Origin: Macrostomum lignano
Taxonomy: Eukaryota
Assembly (NCBI GenBank): GCA_002269645.1
Contig: NIVC01001881.1
Coordinates: forward strand, 124,001 to 188,000
DNA length: 64,000 nt
Direction of reading: 5' to 3'
Below the pieces are notes generated by a model. It saw nothing but the letters and a program-made list of their open reading frames with translations. It did no database searches and was not told the DNA's origin. Shown here in pieces: positions 1-13,771 of this stretch (positions are counted from its first letter, which is position 1; each line of letters begins with the position of its first letter). The translations under genes were made by a program, and so were the position numbers.

Positions 1-350
1 GCAATAAGTCATTAATCATAGTTAAAACAGACATTTTAGCTAGAAAAAAAGACTTCAGTAATTCGGTAGCAGAGAGAGAGAGTTGGGTAGGTAAATTCTT
101 TGAAGAAGAATGCACTGGCGATCATTTTGCGTTAGGAATTTTCTAATTTCATTTCCATTCCATTCCAACAATGTTTAACTGATTGAAAATTCATTTTTCC
201 CATATTTCCCATATTAGATTCCCACTTATTCAAGTGCTAGTTGATATAGCTATTGAGAAGTATAATTCCGTCATTTCAATATTTCCAGAAGGCAAAAAAC
301 AACAAGGTTTCCGGTCTAGTCAGCATATAGAAAAAAGAAAACAGATCGCC

Positions 351-633
351 ATGAGTAGCTTGTTGCTGCAGGTAATTGCTTTGTCGTCTGCTGCTGCTAT
401 GGTTTTCTCTGCTCCCAGCAGTGCATCTGATGAACTATGTGAGTGACACTGTCAGTATATACGGGTAGCTGTAAAAGTGCATATGCTTACTACGTAGAAT
501 ATCAGGTACATACAGATTATACCTGCATAACAAACAACAAGTGGGCTTACAGCAATCTCGTACAGCAATCCGGCGTTCGAGACGTATGTGACATGTACTT
601 TTACATTACATCGACAGTCCGGCCGATCATCGA
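351..633 (+). CDS. Possible first exon(s) of a secreted protein, perhaps the 5' part of the WSC-domain gene
   Basis: ATG at 351 opens a signal-peptide-like stretch MSSLLLQVIALSSAAAMVFSAPSSASDEL. A second frame (YTGSCKSAYAYYVEY...IID) follows and ends at a GT donor (GAT|GTAATG, 634). Joining the two needs a 17-nt intron (439-455) or a 1-nt frameshift. Downstream exons could not be joined. Confidence 0.3.
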
Positions 634-724
634 TGTAATGTAAAAGTACATATCTTTAGGCGAAGGCGAGCCCATTCGCTCCTCAAATATTAAAAAAAAA
701 TTGATTTAATGTATTTTATTCTAT

Positions 725-1043
725 ACGGTTGAGGTCGGTAAACCTCAAAGGCCACATACAGAACCTGAGAGCGCATGACTGCGGGTCTAAGAGGGAAGAG
801 AGGAGAAGGAATAGAGAATAGAGATGAGAGATAGGAGAAAGGAGAGGTGAGGGGAAAGGAGAAGAGAGGAGACAATGAAAGAGGAGGGATGAAATAGGAG
901 GGGGAGGGGAGAGGAGAGGAGAGGAAAGAAGAGGAGAGGAGAGGAGAGTAGAAGAGAAGAGAGGAGAGGAGAGGAGAGGAGAGGAGAGAAGAGAAGGGAG
1001 CTGAGAAGAGAATAGACATTAGCGGGTCGGTTTGCCATTGTGA
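725..1043. mobile_element. Degenerate hAT-type MITE with AG-rich interior (copy 1)
   Basis: Ends resemble CAGGGGTCGGCAAAC-type TIRs (TGAGGTCGGTAAAC ... GGTTTGCCA). The purine-rich interior and right end are similar to the elements at 21172-21831 and 60689-60905. Confidence 0.45.
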
Positions 1044-1509
1044 AGCTTCAAATGAAAGTCTAGGAAGTGAATTTACTCTTCAATTCCTTGAAATTTTAGC
1101 TAACAGTTCGAGTTCCAACGGCCAGGATGGTCAAAAGAAGTTGTCAATCTTGTCAACTGACGGTAAAAATTTTACTAGAAATTCTTCAACTGGTCCGGAA
1201 CAGGTGGCAGTTGATGTAATTCAGTATTACTACGTTAAGAAGGACGATTCTGACCAAACGAGCAATCAACAGAACTACGATTTACAAATGACTGAAATAG
1301 AAAAAAATGATGGATCAAGTAGTTCGTCTAGAAATTGTGAGTGCAAAATCCGGGTTGCTGACAGAATTTCATCCTTTCTGGGCTATCATCATGGCCATTC
1401 GGCATCTTAGAAAACTGACATTATCATTGGGGATCTATAACCTTGACAGTCATTTGGAGCCGATACTTCTACTTCCTTACCCTACTAAGACATACAGGGT
1501 TACCCTATT

Positions 1510-2250
1510 GACATATCTAGAGGGTTCTTGCTCACCCTCCTTAGACATATCTAGAGTTCTTGCTTACCCTCCCTAGACATCTCTAGAGTTCTTGCTTACC
1601 CTCCTTAGACATATCTAGAGTTCTTGCTTACCCTCCTTAGACATCTCTAGAGTTCTTGCTTACCCTCCTTAGACATATCTAGGGTTCTTGCTTACCCTCC
1701 TTAGACATCTCTAGAGTTCTTGCTTACCCTCCTTAGACATCTCTAGGGTTCTTGCTTACCCTCCTTAGACATATCTAGGGTTCTTGCTTACCCTCCTTAG
1801 ACATCTCTAGGGTTCTTGCTTACCCTCCTTAAACATCTCTAGGGTTCTTGCTTACCCTCCTTAGACATATCTAGGGTTCTTGCTTACCCTCCTTAGACAT
1901 CTCTAGGGTTCTTGCTTACCCTCCTTAAACATATCTAGGCTTCTTGCTTACCCTCCTTAGACATCTCTAGAGTTCTTGCTTACCCTCCTTAGACATATCT
2001 AGAGTTCTTGCTTACCCTCCTTAGACATCTCTAGAGTTCTTGCTTACCCTCCTTAGACATCTCTAGAGTTCTTGCTTACCCTCCTTAGACATATCTAGAG
2101 GGTTCTTGCTCACCCTCCTTAAACATATCTAGAGTTCTTGCTTACCCTCCTTAGACATATCTAGAGTTCTTGCTCACCCTCCTTAGACATTTCTAGGGTT
2201 CTTGCTTACCCTCCTTAGACATATTTAGGGTCCTTACCCTCCTAAGACAT
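1510..2250. repeat. 32-bp minisatellite (CTTGCTTACCCTCCTTAGACATATCTAGAGTT)n
   Basis: About 22 tandem copies read directly from the sequence. Confidence 0.95.
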
Positions 2251-2302
2251 CCAATGGTCTTAGCTTTTCCTCCTAAGGCACCTGACGGTCTGTAACGACT
2301 TT

Positions 2303-2728
2303 TTGAACCCATCAGTTAAACAACAGCTCATCGGCTGCTACAACCGAAGCTCGGATCGCAAACCTACACTGTTTCGTGGACCATTTCTCGATTCGAAATC
2401 AATGAATCATAAACTGTGCAGAAATCTTTGCCTAAATCTGCTAGCCAATAAAACCGAACTGATCTTTCATTTCGGCTTGTCGAATGGCATCGAATGTTAC
2501 TGCGGAGTTGAACTGCACAGTGAGCCGCGATTGAGTAAGTTGAACCTGAGCGAATGCTCGCTTGAATGCCCCGGAGACAGCGACCAGAAATGCGGAGGCA
2601 AAGATGGGATGCTGGTGTATGGGATCAATAGGGAGCTCAGCGCTGACTGGAAAGATATGATCTCCGATTTTAACGAGCTGGTGAGTGATCGCGGGTTAAA
2701 TTGGGATTTATCAAATTACTCCGATTAA
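2303..2728 (+). CDS. WSC (carbohydrate-binding) domain coding exon
   Basis: The Cys spacing and motifs GCY...CRNLC...FGLSNGIECYCG...CSLECPGDSDQKCGG match the WSC domain. Splice boundaries were not resolved. Confidence 0.75.
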   Translation: MNPSVKQQLIGCYNRSSDRKPTLFRGPFLDSKSMNHKLCRNLCLNLLANKTELIFHFGLSNGIECYCGVELHSEPRLSKLNLSECSLECPGDSDQKCGGKDGMLVYGINRELSADWKDMISDFNELVSDRGLNWDLSNYSD

Positions 2729-3335
2729 TTTGGGATCTGATTGACTTGGGATCTGATTGATTTGGGATCTGCTTGATTTGGGATCTGATTGATTTGGGAT
2801 CTGATTGATTTGGGATCTGATTGATTTGGGATCTGATTGATTTGGGATCTGATTGATTTGGGATCTGATTGATTTGGGATCTGATTGACTTGGGATCTGA
2901 TTGATTTGGGATCCGACTGATTTGGGATCTGATTGATTTGGGATCTGACTGATTTGGGATTTGACTGATTTGGGATTTGACTGATTTGGGATCTGATTTA
3001 TTTGGGATCTGATTGATTTGGGATCTGATTGATTTGGGATCTGATTGATTTGGGATCTGATTGATTTGGGATCTGATTGATTTGGGATCTGATTGATTTG
3101 GAATCTGATTGATTTGGGATCTGATTGATTTGGAATCTGATTGATTTGGAATCTGAGTGATTTGGGATTTGACTGATTTGGGATTTGATTGATTTGGGAT
3201 CTGATTGATTTGGGATCTGGTTGATTTGGGATCTGATTGATTTGGGATCTGATTGATTTAGGATCTGATTGATTTGGGATTTGACTGATTTGGGATTTGA
3301 GTGATTTGGGATCTGATTTATTTGGGATCTGGTTG
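2725..3335. repeat. 16-bp minisatellite (GATTTGGGATCTGATT)n
   Basis: Direct tandem copies; these explain the repetitive ORF 2711-3457. Confidence 0.95.
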
Positions 3336-4611
3336 ATCTGGGAACTGCTTAATGCAGAAATTAAAAGCTTCGTAAGCATAAAAACACGATTTCCCAAAAC
3401 TTTTTCAGAAATGAGGTCCAGGAACTGTGAGAATTGAGCCTGATTCAAATGTGTCAAGAAAAGCTATTTGCAGTGACAAGCTAATAAATGTTGCTTCAAT
3501 AAAAAATAAATAATGAAGTTGTCGATTTAAAGCAGGGTGTGAACTCCTGTTTTTCGTCACGTTTTGAGATTTAATTTAAATTATTCTAACTGGAAGTTTT
3601 ATAAACAAAAGAGCAGAATAATTTTGCGCACAAAATCCGTACATAATAAATTAAATTGCTATTTGTTTTATTGACAAATAGACGGCATTCTATAACTATC
3701 TTAGTTTTAACTAAACTGAAATTAGCTATCGTGATCAGGCTTGAAATGAAATGATGGTACTTATTCGGTTCGAACTCATCTCAACAGAAGTGAAGTAAAT
3801 TTAGCTTCCGTGAAATACACACTAATTATTAAACAATCTCATATTCAAAAGATTAAGTCAATCTGAATCAAGAAACTCAAAAAACGTTATTATAATTCTC
3901 AAATATAAATGAAAGTTAAAGTGTCTCTTTGGTGATAAGTAAGTAGGCTTTATTATTATATCAACTCTGTGTAGTGCCTATTCGAAGAGTAAACATATAT
4001 ATAGATGCAAAAATATTTGTTTAAGTACGCACTTCGCTACTAATATTAGAGTAAGCTCCCTGCACATCTCGCATGCGATTCTAGATGATGCCAAACTAGA
4101 GAGCGTATCACAGTGCCGCGCCAAATTTAAATAAGTACTCTTTTGATTGAGCTTAATAAAACAAATTAATAATTATATCTGTCAGTTTTGGACGGAGCGC
4201 GGAATGTAAAACAAAACAAAACAAATAGAAATAAAAAATTAGCGAACCAGTTTGTGACGGTGTGTGTGTGTAGAAAATATATCAGATTGACCGAATTAAA
4301 TAAAATTATAATATACTTCTAACGCAACAGTTTACTCAAACAAAACACAAGTTTATATAGCAAGAAGGCACCAGAGCAAAGCATTCACACTACACGAGTA
4401 CGGTTTTAAACAAACCGTACTTAACAGGAATATTCGATCAGGCAAAACATTTGACATAAATTAGTGAATAAAAAATCTTGCAAATTTCTAAATAGATGCT
4501 TCAGTAAAACGAAAATTAAACGCTAAATTTTCTTAACGAAATGCCTGACTCTCACTTCTAACCATGTCAGAATATTAGACTGTCAGTCTGTCAGGGTCTT
4601 ATGGGATTTAA

Positions 4612-7600
4612 TTGTCAGACTGTCTGACTCTCACGTGTTTTGATTGTGTCAGACTGTCTGACTCTCCTCACGTGTTTTGATTGTGTCAGACTGTCTGACT
4701 CTCATCACGTGTTTTGATTGTGTCAGACTGTCTGACTCTCATCACGTGTTTTGATTGTGTCAGACTGTCTGACTCTCATCACGTGTTTTGATTGTGTCAG
4801 ATTGTCTGACTCTCCTCACGTGTTTTGATTGTGTCAGACTGTCTGACTCTCATCACGTGTTTTGATTGTGTCAGACTGTCTGACTCTCATCACGTGTTTT
4901 GATTGTGTCAGACTGTCTGACTCTCATCACGTGTTTTGATTGTGTCAGACTGTCTGACTCTCATCACGTGTTTTGATTGTGTCAGACTGTCTGACTCTCA
5001 TCACGTGTTTTGATTGTGTCAGATTGTCTGACTCTCCTCACGTGTTTTGATTGTGTCAGACTGTCTGACTCTCATCACGTGTTTTGATTGTGTCAGACTG
5101 TCTGACTCTCATCACGTGTTTTGATTGTGTCAGACTGTCTGACTCTCATCACGTGTTTTGATTGTGTCAGACTGTCTGACTCTCATCACGTGTTTTGATT
5201 GTGTCAGACTGTCTGACTCTCATCACGTGTTTTGATTGTGTCAGATTGTCTGACTCTCCTCACGTGTTTTGATTGTGTCAGACTGTCTGACTCTCATCAC
5301 GTGTTTTGATTGTGTCAGACTGTCTGACTCTCATCACGTGTTTTGATTGTGTCAGACTGTCTGACTCTCATCACGTGTTTTGATTGTGTCAGACTGTCTG
5401 ACTCTCATCACGTGTTTTGATTGTGTCAGACTGTCTGACTCTCATCACGTGTTTTGATTGTGTCAGACTGTCTGACTCTCATCACGTGTTTTGATTGTGT
5501 CAGATTGTCTGACTCTCCTCACGTGTTTTGATTGTGTCAGACTGTCTGACTCTCCTCACGTGTTTTCATTGTGTCAGACTGTCTGACTCTCATCACGTGT
5601 TTTGATTGTGTCAGACTGTCTGACTCTCATCACGTGTTTTGATTGTGTCAGATTGTCTGACTCTCCTCACGTGTTTTGATTGTGTCAGACTGTCTGACTC
5701 TCATCACGTGTTTTGATTGTGTCAGACTGTCTGACTCTCATCACGTGTTTTGATTGTGTCAGACTGTCTGACTCTCATCACGTGTTTTGATTGTGTCAGA
5801 CTGTCTGACTCTCATCACGTGTTTTCATTGTGTCAGACTGTCTGACTCTCATCACGTGTTTTGATTGTGTCAGATTGTCTGACTCTCCTCACGTGTTTTG
5901 ATTGTGTCAGACTGTCTGACTCTCATCACGTGTTTTGATTGTGTCAGACTGTCTGACTCTCATCACGTGTTTTGATTGTGTCAGACTGTCTGACTCTCAT
6001 CACGTGTTTTGATTGTGTCAGACTGTCTGACTCTCATCACGTGTTTTGATTGTGTCAGACTGTCTGACTCTCATCACGTGTTTTGATTGTGTCAGATTGT
6101 CTGACTCTCATCACGTGTTTTGATTGTGTCAGACTGTCTGACTCTCATCACGTGTTTTGATTGTGTCAGACTGTCTGACTCTCATCACGTGTTTTGATTG
6201 TGTCAGACTGTCTGACTCTCATCACGTGTTTTGATTGTGTCAGACTGTCTGACTCTCATCACGTGTTTTAATTGTGTCAGACTGTCTGACTCTCATCACG
6301 TGTTTTGATTGTGTCAGACTGTCTGACTCTCATCACGTGTTTTGATTGTGTCAGACTGTCTGACTCTCATCACGTGTTTTGATTGTGTCAGATTGTCTGA
6401 CTCTCCTCACGTGTTTTGATTGTGTCAGACTGTCTGACTCTCCTCACGTGTTTTCATTGTGTCAGACTGTCTGACTCTCATCACGTGTTTTGATTGTGTC
6501 AGACTGTCTGACTCTCATCACGTGTTTTGATTGTGTCAGATTGTCTGACTCTCCTCACGTGTTTTGATTGTGTCAGACTGTCTGACTCTCATCACGTGTT
6601 TTGATTGTGTCAGACTGTCTGACTCTCATCACGTGTTTTGATTGTGTCAGACTGTCTGACTCTCATCACGTGTTTTGATTGTGTCAGACTGTCTGACTCT
6701 CATCACGTGTTTTCATTGTGTCAGACTGTCTGACTCTCATCACGTGTTTTGATTGTGTCAGATTGTCTGACTCTCATCACGTGTTTTGATTGTGTCAGAC
6801 TGTCTGACTCTCATCACGTGTTTTGATTGTGTAAGACTGTCTGACTCTCCTCACGTGTTTTGATTGTGTCAGACTGTCTGACTCTCATCACGTGTTTTGA
6901 TTGTGTCAGACTGTCTGACTCTCATCACGTGTTTTGATTGTGTCAGACTGTCTGACTCTCATCACGTGTTTTGATTGTGTCAGACTGTCTGACTCTCATC
7001 ACGTGTTTTGATTGTGTCAGATTGTCTGACTCTCCTCACGTGTTTTGATTGTGTCAGACTGTCTGACTCTCCTCACGTGTTTTGATTGTGTCAGACTGTC
7101 TGACTCTCATCACGTGTTTTGATTGTGTCAGACTGTCTGACTCTCATCACGTGTTTTGATTGTGTCAGACTGTCTGACTCTCATCACGTGTTTTGATTGT
7201 GTCAGACTGTCTGACTCTCATCACGTGTTTTGATTGTGTCAGATTGTCTGACTCTCCTCACGTGTTTTGATTGTGTCAGACTGTCTGACTCTCCTCACGT
7301 GTTTTCATTGTGTCAGACTGTCTGACTCTCATCACGTGTTTTGATTGTGTCAGACTGTCTGACTCTCATCACGTGTTTTGATTGTGTCAGATTGTCTGAC
7401 TCTCCTCACGTGTTTTGATTGTGTCAGACTGTCTGACTCTCATCACGTGTTTTGATTGTGTCAGACTGTCTGACTCTCATCACGTGTTTTGATTGTGTCA
7501 GACTGTCTGACTCTCATCACGTGTTTTCATTGTGTCAGACTGTCTGACTCTCATCACGTGTTTTGATTGTGTCAGATTGTCTGACTCTCCTCACGTGTTT

Positions 7601-8066
7601 TGATTGTGTCAGACTGTCTGACTCTCATCACGTGTTTTGATTGTGTCAGACTGTCTGACTCTCATCACGTGTTTTGATTGTGTCAGACTGTCTGACTCTC
7701 ATCACGTGTTTTGATTGTGTCAGACTGTCTGACTCTCATCACGTGTTTTGATTGTGTCAGACTGTCTGACTCTCATCACGTGTTTTGATTGTGTCAGATT
7801 GTCTGACTCTCATCACGTGTTTTGATTGTGTCAGACTGTCTGACTCTCATCACGTGTTTTGATTGTGTCAGACTGTCTGACTCTCATCACGTGTTTTGAT
7901 TGTGTCAGACTGTCTGACTCTCATCACGTGTTTTGATTGTGTCAGATTGTCTGACTCTCATCACGTGTTTTGATTGCGTCAGACTGTCTGACTCTCATCA
8001 CGTGTTTTGATTGTGTCAGACTGTCTGACTCTCATCACGTGTTTTACTTGTGTCAGACTGTCTGAC
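4612..8066. repeat. 37-bp satellite (GTGTCAGACTGTCTGACTCTCATCACGTGTTTTGATT)n
   Basis: About 93 head-to-tail, nearly identical copies with no spacers. Each unit holds the inverted repeat GTCAGAC-T-GTCTGAC and the palindrome CACGTG. Confidence 0.98.
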
Positions 8067-8540
8067 AATCAAGCAAAAACTCTGGTGGAAACGCTATCAT
8101 ATATACGAGCTATAGAAAACTAAAAATTCAACAGTGCGATAAGAGTGAGGTGTCTTCTATACTACAGAGCGGTCAGCTGAACTAAAAATATTTCTGTTTA
8201 AGAGTCTACTTGACTGGTGAAATAAAAAAATGTCACGCTCACTTACTTTAGCTCAAAGATTACAGTTTTTGCGTACCGCAAGTCTATTGGAGCCAATGCT
8301 TTTTAAGCAAGTCAAAATTTTTAGGTAAACGGCGTTAGCAACTATGCCTTTAACACCTCGTCATCTTATTAGTCAAGTAAAAGTAAACAACAGGAGTAAC
8401 TATCTGTTTGTTTACAAGTCTGAAAGCCTCGCCAGCTGATTAGCAAGGAAAGCTAGTTGCACAAAGGCTCCAACAGTCTTATAGAAAATTTAAAATATCA
8501 CGAAAGCAGCAGCAAATGAAAAGTAAATAATAAAAGAAGC

Positions 8541-11500
8541 TCAACGCGGCGGCTTCAAACTCGGCGGAGGTTCTTCGCCGCTGCCGCTGATTAGACGACG
8601 ACCGTTCGAGCGCTGACCGCCGCCGCTGTCGGCGCTGCCTGGTCGACCTCCGACGCCGCCGCCGGCAGACCCAGCAAGTGCGGAGCTCACTCTATAAGCG
8701 GCAAACTGCCTGCTCTGCTGCTTCTGGGCCAATCTCTGCAGAGCTTCATTCAGCGCCGCTTCGTCGTAGGCTGTCAACGAGCGAAGATTGCCGCTGGAGT
8801 TCACGGCGGCAAAGGAGGACGAGGAGTTACCGGCGCCGCCGGCTCCGCCGCTGCCGCCGCTGCCGCCACTGCCGCCGCTGAGGCCGACGCCAACACGACT
8901 GGCTGATGGCCGGCTGAGGTGACCTGAGAGTGACGGAGTGAGTCTTGGGGAATGAGTCATTTAGAGTGAATCAGAAAGAGTGAATCATGGAAGTGAAGCA
9001 TAGAGTGAGTAAACAAAAGAGAGTGTATCACAGAGAGTGAATCATAAAGAGTGAATCATGGAGAGTGCATCATGGAGAGAGTGAATCATAGAGCGTGAAT
9101 CCTAAAGAATGAACCAAAGAGAGTGAATCATAGAGTGAATTATAAAGAGTAAATCCTAGAGAGTGAATCAGAGAGAGTGAATCAGAGAGAGTGAGTCATA
9201 GAGTGAATCACGTGAGTGAGTCATAGAAAATTAATTAGAGAGAGTGAATCCGAGAGAGTGAATCCTAGAGAGTGAATCAAAAAGAGTGAATCATAAAGAG
9301 TGAATCATGGAGAGAGAATCATAGAGAGTGAATCATAGAGAGTGAATCATAGAGAGTGAATCAGAGAGAGAGTGAGTCAAAGAGTGAATCACGTGAGTGA
9401 GTCATAGAGAATTAATCAGAGAGAGTGAATCCGAGAGAGTGAATCCTAGAGAGTGAATCAAAAAGAGTGAATCATAAAGAGTGAATCATGGAGAGAGAAT
9501 CATAGAGAGTGAATCATAGAGAGTGAATCATAGAGAGTGAATCAGAGAGAGAGTGAGTCAAAGAGTGAATCACGTGAGTGAGTCATAGAGAATTAATCAG
9601 AGAGAGTGAACCAGAGAGAGTGAATCCGAGAGAGTGAATCATAAAGAGTGAATTATAAAGAGTGAATCATAAAGAGTGAATTATAAAGAGTGAATCATAA
9701 AGAGTGAATTATAAAGAGTGAATCATAAAGAGTGAATTATAAAGAGTGAATCATAAAGAGTGAATCATAAAGAGTGAATCATAGAGAGTGAAACAGAGAG
9801 AGTGACCGGAAGTGACACCATAAATCAAACTGATAATCCCGGCTCACCGGAAGCGCTAGACGGCCGTTTCAATCCGGGCGATTGTGAATAAACTTGCACC
9901 GCAGTTCGATACGAGCTGCCGAACAGCTCCGCCCCAGATGGACCGAATGTGCCGCTGCCACCGCCGCCGCCGCTGTCTCGTCTCTCCCGTCGATAACTCG
10001 ACACGGATGACGAACCCACAATGGAAGCGGAACCGGAAGACGGATTACCGGAAGTTGACGCTGATGTTGACGCTGATGCGGTTGCCGATGCAGCGGCTGT
10101 GGCTGCCGCGGTTGCCGCTGGCGAAGCAATAAAGACCCCGGCAGCCTTGTTAACCAGAGTGTAGCTGGTGAGCAGCGACTCCAGCTGGGATTCTTCCGCT
10201 AAGCGGAGAAAGCTGGTGAACTGCGGCTCGGGCACTCCGGCTGGGGCACCGTCTGCGTTTAAATTCGCGAGAAAAATATTCGCTTAGCTTTTCGCTACTG
10301 TAAGTAGGGTAGTTAAAATATTGAGCAACCCAATAAAGTGAGTGAGTTCACAATCATTCACTCTGTGATTCACTCTCGATATCATTCACTCTGTGATTCA
10401 CTCTCGATATCATTCACGCTGTGATTCACTCTCGATATCATTCACTCACTCTGTGATTCACTCGCGATATCATTCATTCACACTGTGATTTACTCTCGAT
10501 ATCATTCATTCACTCTGTGATTCACTCTCGATATCATTCACACTGTGATTCACTCTCGATATCATTCATTCACTCTGTGATTCACTCTCGATATCATTCA
10601 CTGTGATTCACTCTCGATATCATTCATTCACTCTGTGATTCACTCTCGATATCATTCATTCACTCTGTGATTCACTCTCGATATCATTCACTGTGATTCA
10701 CTCTCGATATCATTCATTCACTCTGTGATTCACTCTCGATATCATTCACTGTGATTCACTCTCGATATCATTCATTCACTCTGTGATTCACTCTCGATAT
10801 CATTCATTCACTCTGTAATTCACTCTCGATATCATTCACTGTGATTCACTCTAGAGCTCACTTTCACTCACTACCCAGTTCACTCTAAATTTGATTTTTA
10901 AATAAGAAAAGCTAGAAAAACTCCAGATTCCTCACCCTCCTGCTGCGGCCTCATCCCCTCGGTGTCCCGAGAGTAGGACCTGACAAAGTCAGCCAGCATG
11001 TTAGCCAAGATCCTCTGCCGCTGCCTCAGACCCAGCCTCCGACTTGGGCCGGCAATTTTCGCTCCAGCAGCCCGGCGCAGAAAGCGCAGCACCAAATCCA
11101 GCTGCTCGTTGGCCAGACGATCGGCCTCGTCGCCAGTCGATGGCGGCAGCTGATGATCGGCTAGCAGCCTGCGCTGCACTCGAGTCAGGTAGGCAGCGAA
11201 CGCTTGGCGAGCCTGCGGTGTTTTTGTGTTTACAATCATATTTATAGAGATATGCTGACTGTGCTACTGGCAGTAGGCGGATTTGAATATTTATTATAAC
11301 TCACTAACTGACTAACTGACTGACTGACTAACTGACTGACTAACTAACTGACTAACTGACTGACTAACTAACTAACTAACTGACTGACTAACTAACTAAC
11401 TAACTAACTAACTGAATAACTGACTAACTGACTGACTGACTGACTGACTGACTAACTAACTGACTGACTGACTAACCAACTAACTAACTGACTGACTGAC

Positions 11501-11782
11501 TGACTGACTAACTAACTAACTAACTAACTAACTGACTAACTAACTGACTGACTAACTAACTGACTAACTGACTGACTAACTAACTAACTAACTAACTGAC
11601 TAACTAACTAACTAACTAACTAACTGAATAACTGACTGACTAACTAACTAACTAACTGACTGACTAACTAACTAACTAACTTACTAACTAACTAACTAAC
11701 TAACTGACTAACTTACTTACTAACTAAATGACTAACTGACTAACTAACTAACTGACTAACTAACTAACTAACTAACTAACTG

Positions 11783-11829
<47 letters not shown>

Positions 11830-11934
11830 GACTAACTGACTAACTAACTTACTAACTAACTAACTAACTAACTGACTAACTTACTTACTAACTAAATGAC
11901 TAACTGACTAACTAACTAACTAACTAACTAACTG

Positions 11935-11967
<33 letters not shown>

Positions 11968-13648
11968 ATAACTAACTTACTAACTAACTAACTAACTAAC
12001 TAACTGACTGACAAACTGTAGTGATCCGCTAATTGGTGTTAGGCGTCGCACTTTGTCAGCAGTCGCCCTTGCCTTCGCCCTCGCCCTGGGTTGCTGTCTG
12101 CCGCTGGTCAGCTTCCCGCCTCCCTCCTTTTGTCTGTCTGTTGCTGCTCCCTTCCCTCCCTTCTGCCCGTGTTGCCCTTCGTTTCTCAGCCCTCAGCTTC
12201 TCTGCTGTGGGCTGTTCTTGCTTCGTGAGTCTCTGTTTCCCTGTTATGTGAGCCAGTCACATGACAGGCCTTGCTTTCTTGGAGTCTTAAAGTGCAGTAA
12301 ACATGTTTACATGTTTACATGTTTACATGTTTACTGCACTCGCTGTCCCTGTTTACCGGGTGAGTCACATGCTTTCGGTCCCCTCCCTTCTCTAAGGAGA
12401 GGAGTGACTCATGATGCTAAAAATAGCAACTGAGTCACAGCCATGTGCACTCTGCCGGGCGAGTCTCAAGTGACGTCAGTTCTAAAAATAGAACAAGTCA
12501 CGAGGTCTTGTGCGCGGGTGTTTCCCGGCTATAAATAGGACCCCCCTCCCCCTTGTTTCCGTCATGGAGTTTTCAGTCATCAGTATTTGTAGCCGAGTTC
12601 CTGAGATTCTGACTATTCGTCTTCGGAATCTTCTTCTTCTTGTCTAGTTTTCCGGACTTCGTTCAGTTGCCCATTTAAGCTATCACCAATTGGCCTGACT
12701 AAAACTTAGACGCCCAAGCCTAAGGGAGGCTAACACTGCCTTCCCAGCCACCCCTGAGCCCGGCGGGGATCTGCTGATCAGGACGCCTTGTTCATTAATC
12801 TGCAAATCTGCACGCTGTGCTGAGTTCGTTGACTTGTTTATTTCGTTCCGACGGGAAGCTCACCTCACCGAAGGCCGATACCTGAAGGAACTGGTGGCAG
12901 CACTAACGCTACTGAGAGAGCTAAGAGAACTTCCCACTGAAGAGGCTCGAGACTTAAGGTAATCTTAAGTGCCTAAACCGGGAAGAAACACCATTCTACT
13001 TCATAACTAACTAACTAAGTCAGCATTGGATGCTCACCTGCACTTTAGTCATGTTGCCCCCCTGTTTGAGGACGGTCTCGGCGTCAAATGCAGGAGGTTT
13101 CACGCTTCGAGCCGCCTGCTGCTGCTGCTGCTTGCCAGGCCCAGGCGGAGGCTTATCAGCCTCAGTCTTTGTTTCTGTCTTTGTACCAGCCGCAACATCG
13201 ACTGCCGCCTGCCCATTACCCGCGTCGACAACAACTTCCGGTTCGGGCGTGTCCGGTTTGATCAACTCGCCGCCCCGGAACTCGCCTCGGGGCTGGGCGT
13301 GCGGCCCGAACACGGCTGGCCGCTTCGGCGGCAGGCTCTGCGACCGCGACAGCTGGCTGGAGCCGCGGCTGCGTTGCCTGCCGTGCGACGACGATGAGGC
13401 GCCCAGCTTCCTTTCGTAGAATAGAGTGCGCTGAGATGCGGACCGGTACATCCGGTGCACCTTGCGGTGGTGCTCGGAGTGAGAGTCCAGCACAGTGGCC
13501 AGGTTGTCGCTTGAGAGACTGTGCAGTGGCACCTGGGGTGGGGTGGGTAGACAGATAGATTAAAAGATTGATTAATAGATAGATAAAGAGACAGAGACAG
13601 ACAGACAGACACACAGACAGACACACAGACAGACACACAAACAGACAC

Positions 13649-13707
<59 letters not shown>

Positions 13708-13738
13708 CACAGACAGACAGACAGACACACAGACAGGC

Positions 13739-13771
<33 letters not shown>

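Noticed and set aside
2711-3457. 248-aa QIPNQSDPKSIRS-repeat ORF
   Set aside because: It is a by-product of a 16-bp minisatellite, with no signal peptide or splice support.
4612-8066. CRISPR-like array (37-bp palindromic repeat)
   Set aside because: Units are head-to-tail with no unique spacers, there are no cas genes, and the context is eukaryotic.
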